DNA of 64,000 nt, taken from the NCBI GenBank assembly GCA_013824715.1, contig PNOH01000019.1, positions 17,209 to 81,208 on the forward strand, written 5' to 3'. Shown here one piece after another: positions 8,555 to 18,243 of the stretch; position 1 is the stretch's first letter; each line of letters opens with the position of its first letter. Source of the DNA: Odoribacter sp. (GTDB lineage Bacteria; Bacteroidota; Bacteroidia; Bacteroidales; Prolixibacteraceae). The translations under genes were made by a program, and so were the position numbers. The notes beneath the pieces were generated by a model, which saw only the letters and a list, made by a program, of their open reading frames with translations, was not told the DNA's origin and searched no databases.

Positions 8555-9646
8555 ATGGGACAAAATGCACCATATCCGGCCCTTGAAAAACTACCTCCAA
8601 AACGGGAAAGTATTGAAACAATTTCGATTTTACGACAAGCAAATAAAGCAACTGCCGCTCTTGCCGAATTAAAAGGAATTGCTAAAACAATTCCCAATCA
8701 GGCCATGCTCATAAATGCCATTGTATTGCAGGAGGCAAAAGACAGTTCTGAGATTGAGAACATTATAACAACTCAGGATGAATTATATACAGCGCTAACG
8801 ATCAACCAAACGAACGTATCTCCGGCAACAAAAGAAGTTATCAATTATCGGAAGGCTATTTTCCTTGGATTTGATTTTGTCAAAAATCAAGGATTCTTAA
8901 AGGTGAATGATATAGTAAATGTTCAACAGAGTTTAGTTGGAAATTCTGCTGGTATCAGGAGCGCACCGGGAACTGTTTTAAAGAATGACAAAACCGGGGA
9001 GATTGTTTATACCCCGCCACAGGACAAACAGGAAATACTGGATTTATTGACCAATTTTATTGATCATTATAATAAGGAAGAACCAGACTTGTCGCCACTG
9101 ATAAATATGGCAATTCTTCATTATCAATTTGAGAGCATTCACCCTTTTTATGACGGAAATGGCAGGACTGGCAGAATTCTCAATATTTTATTTCTGATTC
9201 TTAACCGCCTGATCGATATTCCGATTTTATATCTGAGTTCGTATATTATTGAAAATAAACAGGATTATTACGGGCTGTTAAATCATACCAACCGAACTGG
9301 AGAATGGGAGGAATGGATTTTGTTTATGTTGCGGGCAGTAGAATCTACTTCACTGCAAACGATCAAAAAAATTAATGCAATCAGGAATTTATTGGAGTCT
9401 GTTGCAACTGAAGTGCAACATTCAGCTCCTAAAACATACAAAAAGGAACTGATTGAATTACTATTTGAACAGCCATACTCAAAAATCGAATTTGTTGTAA
9501 CCCGCTTAAATGTTGAAAGAAAAGCGGCCTCCAGATATTTGCGTGAACTGGAAAACATCGGAATACTTGAATCTCATAAGATTGGCCGGGAGACTTTGTA
9601 TATCAACAGGAGACTGTTTGATTTACTAAAGGATAAAATGCAATAA
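8555..9646 (+). CDS. Fic-family protein (class II, N-terminal inhibitory helix, C-terminal winged-HTH-like region)
   Basis: Fic motif HPFYDGNGRTGR. N-terminal SSEIEN matches the [ST]xxxE[GN] auto-inhibition motif. The ORF track starts at 8507, but the ATG at 8555 follows the promoter box. Confidence 0.85.
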   Translation: MGQNAPYPALEKLPPKRESIETISILRQANKATAALAELKGIAKTIPNQAMLINAIVLQEAKDSSEIENIITTQDELYTALTINQTNVSPATKEVINYRKAIFLGFDFVKNQGFLKVNDIVNVQQSLVGNSAGIRSAPGTVLKNDKTGEIVYTPPQDKQEILDLLTNFIDHYNKEEPDLSPLINMAILHYQFESIHPFYDGNGRTGRILNILFLILNRLIDIPILYLSSYIIENKQDYYGLLNHTNRTGEWEEWILFMLRAVESTSLQTIKKINAIRNLLESVATEVQHSAPKTYKKELIELLFEQPYSKIEFVVTRLNVERKAASRYLRELENIGILESHKIGRETLYINRRLFDLLKDKMQ

Positions 9647-9652
9647 GATTAT

Positions 9653-9660
9653 TAAGTTTG
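9653..9660 (+). promoter_or_regulatory. Bacteroidota-type -7 promoter box TAAGTTTG
   Basis: Matches TAnnTTTG, 17 nt upstream of the ATG at 9677. Confidence 0.4.
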
Positions 9661-9676
9661 CACGGAATATGCAACT

Positions 9677-11617
9677 ATGGAACATACTGGTTTAGATCAC
9701 AGCGAAAATCCTCAGCGGATTTCTTCAAATACCGTTTTCATGAGCTTTTTCAGACTAAAGAGCATCATGCCGCTTGCCATAGTAATTACTTTTTTTTACC
9801 TGATATTTTATTCTTCATGCGCCAATATCGGAAGCCCCACTGGTGGCGCTAAAGACACAATTCCGCCGGTAGTATTTAAAACGGTTCCTGAATTGCGCAG
9901 CACTAATTTCAAGGGATCAGATGTGCGGTTTACTTTCGATGAATACATTATTCCTGACGAGGTTCGGGAAAAGCTGGTTATTTCGCCGCCTATGAAAAAG
10001 AAACCGGTGATCAAGATGAAAGGCAAGACCCTGATTATTGAATTCGCCGAAGACCTGAAAAATAATTCTACCTATTCGCTCGATTTTAAAGATGCTGTGG
10101 CCGATAACAACGAGAAGAATCCGATAGAAGATCTTCGTTTTTCGTTTAGCACCGGCGCTTCCTTTGATAGTTTACGTGTTGCCGGGTATGTAAAAAATGC
10201 CCTGAACCAGGAGCCTGTTGAAAAAGCCCTGGTTTTACTTCACCGAAATATGGAATACACCGCTTTCGTTGATAGCATTCCTGATTACATCGGAACAACC
10301 AATAAGGAAGGTTTTTTCATGATTGACAATGTGGCAAAGGGTGAATATCGCCTTTATGCACTGAATGATGCCGACAACAGCCTGACTTACAATTCGAATG
10401 CTGAGTTAATTGCCTTTGCCGATTCGCTGCTGATTCCTTCGGCCAAATATGTGGCAGAAACAGACACTATTGTAAAAGGATTGGATACATTGGTTGTTAC
10501 CGGTCATGTTGATTATTATCCCGAAACCCAATACCTGATGATGTTTGAAGAGGAAAAATTTGATCAGTACCTCGATGCTTCGAAACGCAATCAGGCGAAC
10601 AAATGTGATTTTTACTTTTCAGAGTCGCTCAGCGATTCGTTCAGGATCAATCTGTTGAAACCAACCACCGAAAAGGAATGGTCATTTATTGAGTCGAACC
10701 TGAAACGCGATTCAATAACGGTTTGGCTTACCGATACGATCATCAGCAACAGCGATTCGTTGAAATTTGAATTACAGTACGAAGTGTTAGACTCACTTGA
10801 CCGAATGGTAATCAAACGCGATACGGTGGAGTTGGTTTATACCGAACCTAAAGCTCCCAAACAAAAAAAGAAAAAGGGCGAGGCTCCTGAAGTGCAAACC
10901 ATCAACTTATCCAACAACATCAACTCTTCCGCACATGATTTGTATCAGCGGATTAAGATAGAAGCACCCGAGCCATTAACTTCTTTTGATCTCAGTAAAA
11001 TAAGGCTGTATTCAATGGTTGATACCGTTAAAACATTAATCCCAATTGAGGTTGAAAAAGATACCAATTCAATCCGGAAGTATTTTATTGAGCATGATTG
11101 GGAGCCAAATGCCAATTATCTTTTTCAGATTGATTCGGCAGCAGCCCGCAATATATACGGCCATCCGAGCAATAAAACCGAGCAGAAATTCCGAACCCAA
11201 AAGGAAGATTATTACGGCAAGATTTTCCTGACTTTGTCAGGGCTTTCGGGCGCTGCCATTGTGCAGCTTTTGGCTAACGACAAAGAGGAACGTATTCTTC
11301 AGAAAATTCTGGTTTTGGGCGACGGGAAAATAGAATTTCCATTCCTGAAACCTGAGAAGTATATCATCAGGTTAATTCTCGATTCGAATAAAAACGGGAA
11401 GTGGGATACCGGTTTTCTGGCCGGACATCAGCAACCCGAAAGCGTGGTTTATTTCCCGAAGATTATCAAAGTCCGTTCAAACTTTGAATATAAGGAAAGC
11501 TGGAAAATTGATTACCATCCAAATTTTAAAAAGGAATTGATTGACGAAGAAGCTGAAAAAGAGAAAGCCCGAAAAAAGGAGCAGGAAAAGAAGGCCGCTG
11601 CAAAAGCATCTAATTAA
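9677..11617 (+). CDS. Ig-like (SbsA/Big_5-type) domain lipoprotein with a Lys/Glu-rich tail
   Basis: Lipoprotein signal ...YSSCANIGSPTGGAKDTIPP, typical of this Bacteroidota family. 646 aa. The C-terminus EEAEKEKARKKEQEKKAAAKASN is low complexity. An alternative start is M at 9737. Confidence 0.55.
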   Translation: MEHTGLDHSENPQRISSNTVFMSFFRLKSIMPLAIVITFFYLIFYSSCANIGSPTGGAKDTIPPVVFKTVPELRSTNFKGSDVRFTFDEYIIPDEVREKLVISPPMKKKPVIKMKGKTLIIEFAEDLKNNSTYSLDFKDAVADNNEKNPIEDLRFSFSTGASFDSLRVAGYVKNALNQEPVEKALVLLHRNMEYTAFVDSIPDYIGTTNKEGFFMIDNVAKGEYRLYALNDADNSLTYNSNAELIAFADSLLIPSAKYVAETDTIVKGLDTLVVTGHVDYYPETQYLMMFEEEKFDQYLDASKRNQANKCDFYFSESLSDSFRINLLKPTTEKEWSFIESNLKRDSITVWLTDTIISNSDSLKFELQYEVLDSLDRMVIKRDTVELVYTEPKAPKQKKKKGEAPEVQTINLSNNINSSAHDLYQRIKIEAPEPLTSFDLSKIRLYSMVDTVKTLIPIEVEKDTNSIRKYFIEHDWEPNANYLFQIDSAAARNIYGHPSNKTEQKFRTQKEDYYGKIFLTLSGLSGAAIVQLLANDKEERILQKILVLGDGKIEFPFLKPEKYIIRLILDSNKNGKWDTGFLAGHQQPESVVYFPKIIKVRSNFEYKESWKIDYHPNFKKELIDEEAEKEKARKKEQEKKAAAKASN

Positions 11618-12419
11618 GTTTTGGTTTTTACTAATTGGATTGTGTACAATCTTTTCGCCTGTCCGGGTATCGGGTCAAACTGCTGATTTCCCGTTTAAAA
11701 GCGGTGAATATGCCTTGTATGGCGCTTATTACAATTGGCATTTTATCTGGATTCAAAGCGGCGAAGTAGAGTTTACAGCCGACACCATTCAGTATAAACA
11801 GCAAAAAAGCTGGCAGTTGAAAGCCATCGGAAAAACCTTCAAGGCTTACGACTTGCTGTTTACTGTTCGCGACACGTTCGAAACCATCAGTAATTACAAT
11901 ACCTTCCAGCCAAACATTTCGCGAAGGGCAGTCAACCATGCCAAAGATCATTCGGTTCATCAGTATGGTTTCGATTATACTTCCGGAAAAATTTCTGTCA
12001 GGATAAAAGAAGGGAAGAAACCCGTATTTCAGGCCAGTTTGCCTGTTCAGGAAAATACTTTTGATTTGCTTGCAACGGCTTATAATTTCAGGAAATATGA
12101 TTTTAACAGACTCTTTATTGGTCAAAAAGTTCCGTACCGGATGTTGATTGACCGCCAGATTGACGACCTGTATTTTCGTTATCTGGGGAAGGAGAAGGTA
12201 AAAACCAGGAACGGAAAGGAATTCTGGTGTCATAAAGTTTCAGTATATTTACTGCAGGGCGATTTTTTTCCTGAAGGCGAATTCATGAAAGTTTGGTTTA
12301 CCGACGATAAAAATCATTTGCCTGTTCAGGTCGAAACTGAAATTTTGGTCGGAACAGTAAAAGCGCTTTTGCTTGAAACAAAATCATTAAAATATCCACT
12401 AACATCACAAATAAAATAG
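11541..12419 (+). CDS. DUF3108-like secreted protein
   Basis: Signal-like FWFLLIGLCTIFSPVRVSGQ. The pattern GEYALYGAYYNW...GEVEF... and the C-terminal VWFTDDKNHLPVQVETEILVGTVKALL resemble DUF3108. The TTG start at 11541 overlaps the upstream gene by 77 nt, so the true start is uncertain. Confidence 0.5.
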   Translation: MTKKLKKRKPEKRSRKRRPLQKHLIKFWFLLIGLCTIFSPVRVSGQTADFPFKSGEYALYGAYYNWHFIWIQSGEVEFTADTIQYKQQKSWQLKAIGKTFKAYDLLFTVRDTFETISNYNTFQPNISRRAVNHAKDHSVHQYGFDYTSGKISVRIKEGKKPVFQASLPVQENTFDLLATAYNFRKYDFNRLFIGQKVPYRMLIDRQIDDLYFRYLGKEKVKTRNGKEFWCHKVSVYLLQGDFFPEGEFMKVWFTDDKNHLPVQVETEILVGTVKALLLETKSLKYPLTSQIK

Positions 12420-12421
12420 CT

Positions 12422-12715
12422 ATGACAAGCAGACGAAGATTAAAAAAGGAGATTGATTATATAGTTTCAGATTTGATTCTGGACTGTTTTACCTACACCA
12501 ATCTGTACCAAAAACCCAATGATGCCGAGGCCATGGAAATTGTTCAGGGCACGCTGATCATGCGGAACGAATTGCGCGATCTGGCCAATCATCCGGAGAA
12601 ACGGGCCGAATCGGAAAGTGTAAAAAGCCATTACGACAACATCGCAGCAACCCTCATCGGCGGGGTTGACGAAGGCTACGGAAAATTAGGTAAACTGGTA
12701 AATCCGGATAGCTGA
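12422..12715 (+). CDS. Hypothetical 97-aa protein
   Basis: ATG start 2 nt after the upstream stop, on the same strand, followed by a strong terminator. No motif recognised. Confidence 0.45.
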   Translation: MTSRRRLKKEIDYIVSDLILDCFTYTNLYQKPNDAEAMEIVQGTLIMRNELRDLANHPEKRAESESVKSHYDNIAATLIGGVDEGYGKLGKLVNPDS

Positions 12716-12768
12716 AAAACGGTGTCCGGCTCTGGATTCAAATGATCAAAATTACAGGTGAGGTATTC

Positions 12769-12816
12769 ATGCCCCTGTTTACTCTTTTCACAAAATGAGT
12801 AAGCGGGGGCATTTTG
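12769..12816 (+). terminator. Rho-independent terminator of the 9677-12715 operon
   Basis: ATGCCCCTGTTTACTC...GAGTAAGCGGGGGCAT forms a stem of about 15 bp (two G-U pairs), followed by TTTT. Confidence 0.7.
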
Positions 12817-13115
12817 ATTATTCACTTTTATTCTCCAACCGCTCAACAATACTACTGTTTTCTGGTTCTTATAAATATTGAATTATTAATAATGTGAATT
12901 AAAGGTTGAAGGAGAAAAGAATTTTAATGCCGAAGGCATGATATTATTATAGCCGAAAATGTTCAGAAAGGTTTAAAATACCGAAGGTATGGCAGGATTA
13001 TTCCACCACTCGTGGTTAAAGAATACTTTCTTCACCCAATTCTATAATAATTGCAACCATTCTGGTTTAAATTAGTCAACCCTTGATTCGCATTAATACC
13101 AATCTTAAAAAAGTC

Positions 13116-15443
13116 ATGAAAATAATAACTTATGCAGCTCTGGCTGTGATACTAATAAGCCTTGGCGCCAATGGCGCTGATCCACCCAGAAAGACCGACT
13201 CCAATGTATTTGGCGATGTCCAGTCGAATGGCGAACACATTCCGTTCGTGAATATTTTTCTTGAGGGCACTTCATTTGGCACCACTACCGACAATACCGG
13301 CCACTACATCCTGATCAATCTTCCGGTAGGCACGCAAACATTGGTTGCCAGTAGTGTTGGCTATAAAACGGAAAAGAAGACCATCACAGTAGAACTTGGA
13401 AAGTCACAGGAAGTCAACTTTGTGCTGGAAGAAGAACACATGATGCTCAACCAGGTGGTGGTTACCGGAACAAAAACCTTTAAACGTCAGACCGAATCGC
13501 CTGTCATTGTCAATGTACTCGACAGTAAATCACTAAATGTAGTACAGGCCAGCAACATTTCTGAAGGTTTGCGTTTCCAGCCCGGCCTGCGTGTTGAAAC
13601 CGATTGCCAGACCTGTAATTACACCCAACTCCGTATGAATGGTCTGGGTGGTTCGTATTCCCAAATCCTGATCAACGGTCGGCCAATTTTCAGCCCGCTA
13701 ACCGGCTTGTATGGCATGGAACAAATACCAGCTAATATGGTCGAGCGTATCGAGGTGGTTCGTGGCGGAGGTTCCGCGCTTTACGGATCGAGCGCCATTG
13801 GCGGAACAGTGAATATCATCACACGCATTCCAAACGAAAGCAGTTATGATTTCAGCGCTTTAACGCAAAGTACCAATGGCGCCGGAACGGATAATATTTT
13901 GAGCGGAAATCTGACTATGCTTACACACAAGCACAATGCGGGGGCTGCCATTTTTGTAAACCGGCGTCACCGTGAGGCATACGATCATAACGGAGATCAT
14001 TTTTCTGAACTTCCAGAGCTTCGGAATAATTCTTTTGGCGCCAATTTGTTTTTCAAACCCGATTTGAACCAAAAACTGGAAATCAATTTCAGTAGCCTGA
14101 ATGAATACCGTTATGGGGGAGAAATGACCACTAAACCTGCTTTTCTGGCCCAACAATCAGAAGAACGTACCCATCATGTTTTAATGGGTGGTGTTGATTA
14201 CCAGGTCAACTTCAACGACGAGAACAGCGCGTTTATCGCCTATTTTGCCGGGCAGCAAACCGACCGGCTGCATTACACCGGTATTATTCCTGAAGCAGAA
14301 GCTGCAAGGCTTATTCACATCAGCAAACCACCCTACGGAACAACTGCAAATACAACCCTGCAGGGCGGCATCCAGTTAAATCACCGCCTTCAGGATTTTA
14401 TGGGAGGGATAAATGTGATGACTTTTGGCGCTGAATATATTTTTGACGATGTACTCGACACCATTCCAGCCTACAACTACGAAATCAATCAGGAAACCAA
14501 AAACCTTGGATTTTTTGCACAAAGCGACTGGGAGATCAACCCCCACCTCACATTCCTTGCAGGCTTGAGGGCCGACAAACACAATCTGGTTGATAAGGTC
14601 ATTCTCAGTCCGCGGTTTTCGTTTCTGTACCGGTACCGCAACAGCACCCAATTTCGCCTGACCTGGGGAACCGGCTTCCGGGCCCCTCAGTCGTTCGACA
14701 CCGATATGCACATCGCTTTTGCCGGCGGTGGTGTTTCACGCATCACTCTTGATCAAGATTTAAAGGAAGAACGCTCCAACTCGTTTAGCGCTTCAGTCAA
14801 TTACGACCGCCCTTCCGAGACTTTTATCGTGGGTTTTACGCTTGAAGGTTTTTACACCAAACTGAAAGATGTGTTTTATTTGCAGCCTGTTGCAACAGAT
14901 GAGTATGGCAAACGTTTCGAAAAGCGAAACGGACAGGGGGCCGCAGTAAAAGGTGGCACTTTCGAAATGCGTGGCAATTACAACCGGATACTCCAGATTG
15001 AAGCCGGAATCACTGTTCAGCAAAGTTTGTACAACGAAGCGGTCGAGAATATTCCGGGATTAAAACCCATGCGCGAATTTCTGCGTTCCCCCAACGAATA
15101 CGGATACCTCACCTTATCTTTCACCCCTGGCACAAAGTTTAATGCCTCGGTGAGCAGTGTTTATACCGGAAAAATGTTTCTGGCACATTTAGCTGGCGCT
15201 CCTGAACAACCAATTGACGAATACAAGACATCACCATCGTTCACCGAATTGAATGCAAAAGTTTCCTATACGTTCAATCTGCCTTCGGTTGATTCAGGAC
15301 TTGAAGTTTTTGGTGGAGTAAAAAACCTGACCAATGCCTATCAATCGGATTTTGATTCAGGAAAAAACCGTGACAGCAATTATATATATGGACCCGGAAT
15401 GCCACGCTCGGTTTATTTGGGAGTGAGATTGAAGTCGTTTTAA
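13116..15443 (+). CDS. TonB-dependent receptor with an N-terminal carboxypeptidase-regulatory-like domain and a plug
   Basis: Signal peptide after the ATG at 13116. CarboxypepD_reg-like segment (FGDVQSNGEHIPFVNIFLEG...GHYILINLPVG). Plug motif IERIEVVRGGGSALYGSSAIGGTVNIITR. C-terminal ...YLGVRLKSF. Confidence 0.85.
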   Translation: MKIITYAALAVILISLGANGADPPRKTDSNVFGDVQSNGEHIPFVNIFLEGTSFGTTTDNTGHYILINLPVGTQTLVASSVGYKTEKKTITVELGKSQEVNFVLEEEHMMLNQVVVTGTKTFKRQTESPVIVNVLDSKSLNVVQASNISEGLRFQPGLRVETDCQTCNYTQLRMNGLGGSYSQILINGRPIFSPLTGLYGMEQIPANMVERIEVVRGGGSALYGSSAIGGTVNIITRIPNESSYDFSALTQSTNGAGTDNILSGNLTMLTHKHNAGAAIFVNRRHREAYDHNGDHFSELPELRNNSFGANLFFKPDLNQKLEINFSSLNEYRYGGEMTTKPAFLAQQSEERTHHVLMGGVDYQVNFNDENSAFIAYFAGQQTDRLHYTGIIPEAEAARLIHISKPPYGTTANTTLQGGIQLNHRLQDFMGGINVMTFGAEYIFDDVLDTIPAYNYEINQETKNLGFFAQSDWEINPHLTFLAGLRADKHNLVDKVILSPRFSFLYRYRNSTQFRLTWGTGFRAPQSFDTDMHIAFAGGGVSRITLDQDLKEERSNSFSASVNYDRPSETFIVGFTLEGFYTKLKDVFYLQPVATDEYGKRFEKRNGQGAAVKGGTFEMRGNYNRILQIEAGITVQQSLYNEAVENIPGLKPMREFLRSPNEYGYLTLSFTPGTKFNASVSSVYTGKMFLAHLAGAPEQPIDEYKTSPSFTELNAKVSYTFNLPSVDSGLEVFGGVKNLTNAYQSDFDSGKNRDSNYIYGPGMPRSVYLGVRLKSF

Positions 15444-15474
15444 CAGAATTTGTCAGACTTGGCCTTAAAATTGT

Positions 15475-15482
15475 TATTTTTG
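15475..15482 (+). promoter_or_regulatory. -7 promoter box TATTTTTG
   Basis: Matches TAnnTTTG, 35 nt upstream of the ATG at 15517. Confidence 0.4.
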
Positions 15483-15516
15483 CGTTCAGTTATTAAATTC
15501 CAATAAATCTGGCAGG

Positions 15517-16434
15517 ATGGACGAATTTGGCGTTAAGAAAAAAGGGTTTTCGCTGGGCGAAACCGATAAGGATCGAAGGAACAATCTGATCATTATTTTT
15601 TTGTCGGTATTACTGATTATCATAGTCTCAGTTTTCATTTCACAGCACAATGAAAATAAAAAGATTTTGGAGGCGTTGAATCTGGAAAAGAAATCGATTC
15701 AAACAGAATTAACCTCAATGATGACCAACTATGATTCAATCCATACCAATAATGTTGCACTTCAGTCTGAATTAGTTGGAGCCCAGACCAAAGTGAAAGA
15801 CTTACTTGATGAAGTGGAACAGGTTAAGAGAGTAAGTTATAGCCAGATTGCCCAGTATCGTCTGGAGGTCTCAACCATGCGTAACATCATGAAAAATTAC
15901 ATCATTCAGGTTGATTCGCTTAACCGCCGGAATGAAAAACTGATGGCCGAAAACTTGCAGGTGAAAGAGGAATTTGCGCAGTCGGAGTCGAAGAATCAGG
16001 AACTTGTTAAGGAAAAGGAACATCTTCAGGAAAAAATAAAAATGGCGGCACAACTCGAAGCCACGGAGTTGGTCGCGATTGGAATCAATGCCCGTGGCAA
16101 AGATGCCGAAAGCGCACGCCGTGCCGAGCAAATCAGGATAAGTTTTGTATTGAGCAAAAACGTAACAGCGCCCCGGGGAAATAAGATGATTTATGTTCGG
16201 ATACAAAAGCCAAATCAGGTATTATTTCAGCAATCACCCAATGATTTGTTCGAATTTGAAGATTTGAAAATACCCTATTCGGCCAAACGTGAAGTTACCT
16301 ACGAAGGAAACGCCCTACCTGTAAATATTTTCTGGGATAATCAAGGCGCCGAATTCATTCCGGGAGAATACACTGTGGATGTTTTTACCGATGGGAATAA
16401 CATCGGAACCACCCAATGTGTGATGAAACGATAA
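15517..16434 (+). CDS. Membrane-anchored coiled-coil protein, function unknown
   Basis: One TM helix (LIIIFLSVLLIIIVSVFI), about 170 aa of heptad-like Glu/Lys/Gln-rich sequence, and a C-terminal beta-rich domain. Confidence 0.5.
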   Translation: MDEFGVKKKGFSLGETDKDRRNNLIIIFLSVLLIIIVSVFISQHNENKKILEALNLEKKSIQTELTSMMTNYDSIHTNNVALQSELVGAQTKVKDLLDEVEQVKRVSYSQIAQYRLEVSTMRNIMKNYIIQVDSLNRRNEKLMAENLQVKEEFAQSESKNQELVKEKEHLQEKIKMAAQLEATELVAIGINARGKDAESARRAEQIRISFVLSKNVTAPRGNKMIYVRIQKPNQVLFQQSPNDLFEFEDLKIPYSAKREVTYEGNALPVNIFWDNQGAEFIPGEYTVDVFTDGNNIGTTQCVMKR

Positions 16435-16444
16435 CTCAAGTTAG

Positions 16445-16515
16445 CAGTCGCAGTCTTCAGTCTCAGGTTAAAACTCTTCTGAACACTGCGACTGAACACT
16501 GATCACTTTTTCCTA
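16445..16515. repeat. CAGT/CTGA-word hairpin element, copy 1
   Basis: CAGTCGCAGT (16445-54) pairs with ACTGCGACTG (16485-94). The 37-nt tail CTGAACACTGCGACTGAACACTGATCACTTTTTCCTA is 35/37 identical to 61353-61389. Confidence 0.75.
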
Positions 16516-17121
16516 TTTGTATGTCATCAGTTTGCTCAAATATTTCCCTATAATATCAAATTCAAGATTAACTGTTGTGCCCACTTCAAAGGTGTGGAAA
16601 TTGGTTTCGTTATAGGTGTATGGAATAATGGCCACCTGAAACGAATTGTCTTTTGAGTTCACCACAGTCAGGCTCACACCATTCACAGTAACCGAGCCTT
16701 TCTCAACTGTCATATATCCTTTTTTCGCCATTTCTTTGTCGAACGGATATTCGAAAGTGAAATACCAGCTTCCGTCGGCTTCTTCAACGCAGGTGCAGGT
16801 AGCAGTCTGGTCAACATGCCCCTGGACTATGTGCCCGTCCAAACGGCCATTCATCATCATGCTGCGTTCCAGGTTCACTTTACTTCCGGAGACTAACTTA
16901 CCCAGATTGGTTTTCAGCAAAGTTTCTTTAATCGCGGTAACCGTATAGGTTTTTGCTACCCGGTCAATTTTTACAACCGTCAGGCAAACACCGTTGTGCG
17001 AAAGGCTTTGGTCAACTTTCAGCTCATCAACAAACGAGCAGGTGAGGGTGAAATGTACATTTTCCTGATCTTTCACGATGGCAATCACTTTGCCGGCTTC
17101 TTCTACAATTCCTGAAAACAT
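16513..17121 (-). CDS. ribE: Riboflavin synthase (alpha chain)
   Basis: MFSGIVEE..G.V start. Duplicated lumazine-binding repeats with NGVCLTV and NGVSLTV. 202 aa. Confidence 0.9.
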   Translation of the reverse strand: MFSGIVEEAGKVIAIVKDQENVHFTLTCSFVDELKVDQSLSHNGVCLTVVKIDRVAKTYTVTAIKETLLKTNLGKLVSGSKVNLERSMMMNGRLDGHIVQGHVDQTATCTCVEEADGSWYFTFEYPFDKEMAKKGYMTVEKGSVTVNGVSLTVVNSKDNSFQVAIIPYTYNETNFHTFEVGTTVNLEFDIIGKYLSKLMTYK

Positions 17122-17197
17122 GGTTGCTTGATTTAAAATTTGGGTACAAAGTTACAAGTTTTTGATGGAGGGGCAAATTGGCAAATCATTTGACAAT

Positions 17198-18187
17198 TTA
17201 CAAATACCTGAACGCCGCTTTTTTAATCCGGTCCATAATCGCTACCCCTAATCCGGTTTCTTCAACCGGTTCAATGAAAATCTGGAACACAGCTTCGTCA
17301 TCTTCCATGAGATGTAACGCGGTAAACAGATTGGCCGCAATTTCGATATGATCCGCTGTTTCCGATGTATAAATAGTTTTAGTGGCATGACCTGATAAAT
17401 CAGATTTGCTGTGCAAAATCAAGCCAGAATTGTCTGGAAGAGTTTCTGTGTGTTTTTCAAGAATGAAAAGTGGCTTATTCGGCGAATAATGGCTCTTTAA
17501 CAAGCCTGGAGATGGCATATCTTTTTCTTTCTGGTTCTGGCCTCGCGAAATACAGTGAACTATTTTCCGGATGTCGCTTAAACTAATTGCTCCCGGGCGA
17601 AGTAAAAAACATTGATCACCATCAATCGAAATGACGGTTGATTCAATACCACCCATTTTTTCGTTTCCACTTAGCAAATAGTCAATTCCAGTGAGTTGTT
17701 TCAGAACGTGTTCCGGTTTTGTTGGACTTAATTGCCCAAAACGGTTCGCGCTGGGTGCAGCAATCGGTGTTTTAGCCAGGCGGATTAACTCCAGGGCAAC
17801 TGGGTGCGATGGCATTCGTACGGCGACAGTATTTAATCCCGAAGTAACCAGGTCGGGCACGATGCCTGATTTGCGATGAACAATAGTTAAAGGCCCGGGC
17901 CAAAAGGCATCTGCCATTCTGTAAACTATTGGGCTAATCGGGTTTTCAAAGAGCATTTCCAGTTGACTGATTTCAGAAATATGAACAATTAACGGATCAA
18001 ATGTGGGTCTCTGCTTCACTTCAAAAATCCTGGCCACTGCCAGGGGGTTGAGCGCATCAGCGCCTAGGCCATAAACGGTCTCAGTTGGGAAGGCGACCAG
18101 GCCTCCTTCCCTGAGACATTGAGCTGAGAAAATGATGTCTGTTCCGTTTTTAATCATAGAACTATCTTTCTGAACGAATTGACGCAT
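17198..18187 (-). CDS. tsaC: L-threonylcarbamoyladenylate synthase (Sua5/YwlC type: YrdC domain plus Sua5 C-terminal domain)
   Basis: GGLVAFPTETVYGLGADA and SANRFG motifs. About 330 aa. The ATG at 18187 is preferred over the TTG at 18196. Confidence 0.85.
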   Translation of the reverse strand: MRQFVQKDSSMIKNGTDIIFSAQCLREGGLVAFPTETVYGLGADALNPLAVARIFEVKQRPTFDPLIVHISEISQLEMLFENPISPIVYRMADAFWPGPLTIVHRKSGIVPDLVTSGLNTVAVRMPSHPVALELIRLAKTPIAAPSANRFGQLSPTKPEHVLKQLTGIDYLLSGNEKMGGIESTVISIDGDQCFLLRPGAISLSDIRKIVHCISRGQNQKEKDMPSPGLLKSHYSPNKPLFILEKHTETLPDNSGLILHSKSDLSGHATKTIYTSETADHIEIAANLFTALHLMEDDEAVFQIFIEPVEETGLGVAIMDRIKKAAFRYL

Positions 18188-18243
18188 CGTCAGCAATAAG
18201 TTTCTGTCTTTGTATTTCTTTATTCGCCCAGTCCAGGTCGGCT

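Noticed and set aside
11541-11617. 77-nt overlap (dual coding) between the Ig-like lipoprotein tail and the DUF3108-like gene
   Set aside because: The overlap lies in a purine-rich low-complexity stretch and depends on a TTG start. The downstream gene more likely starts later at a non-canonical or unrecognised codon, so this is not evidence of true overlapping genes.
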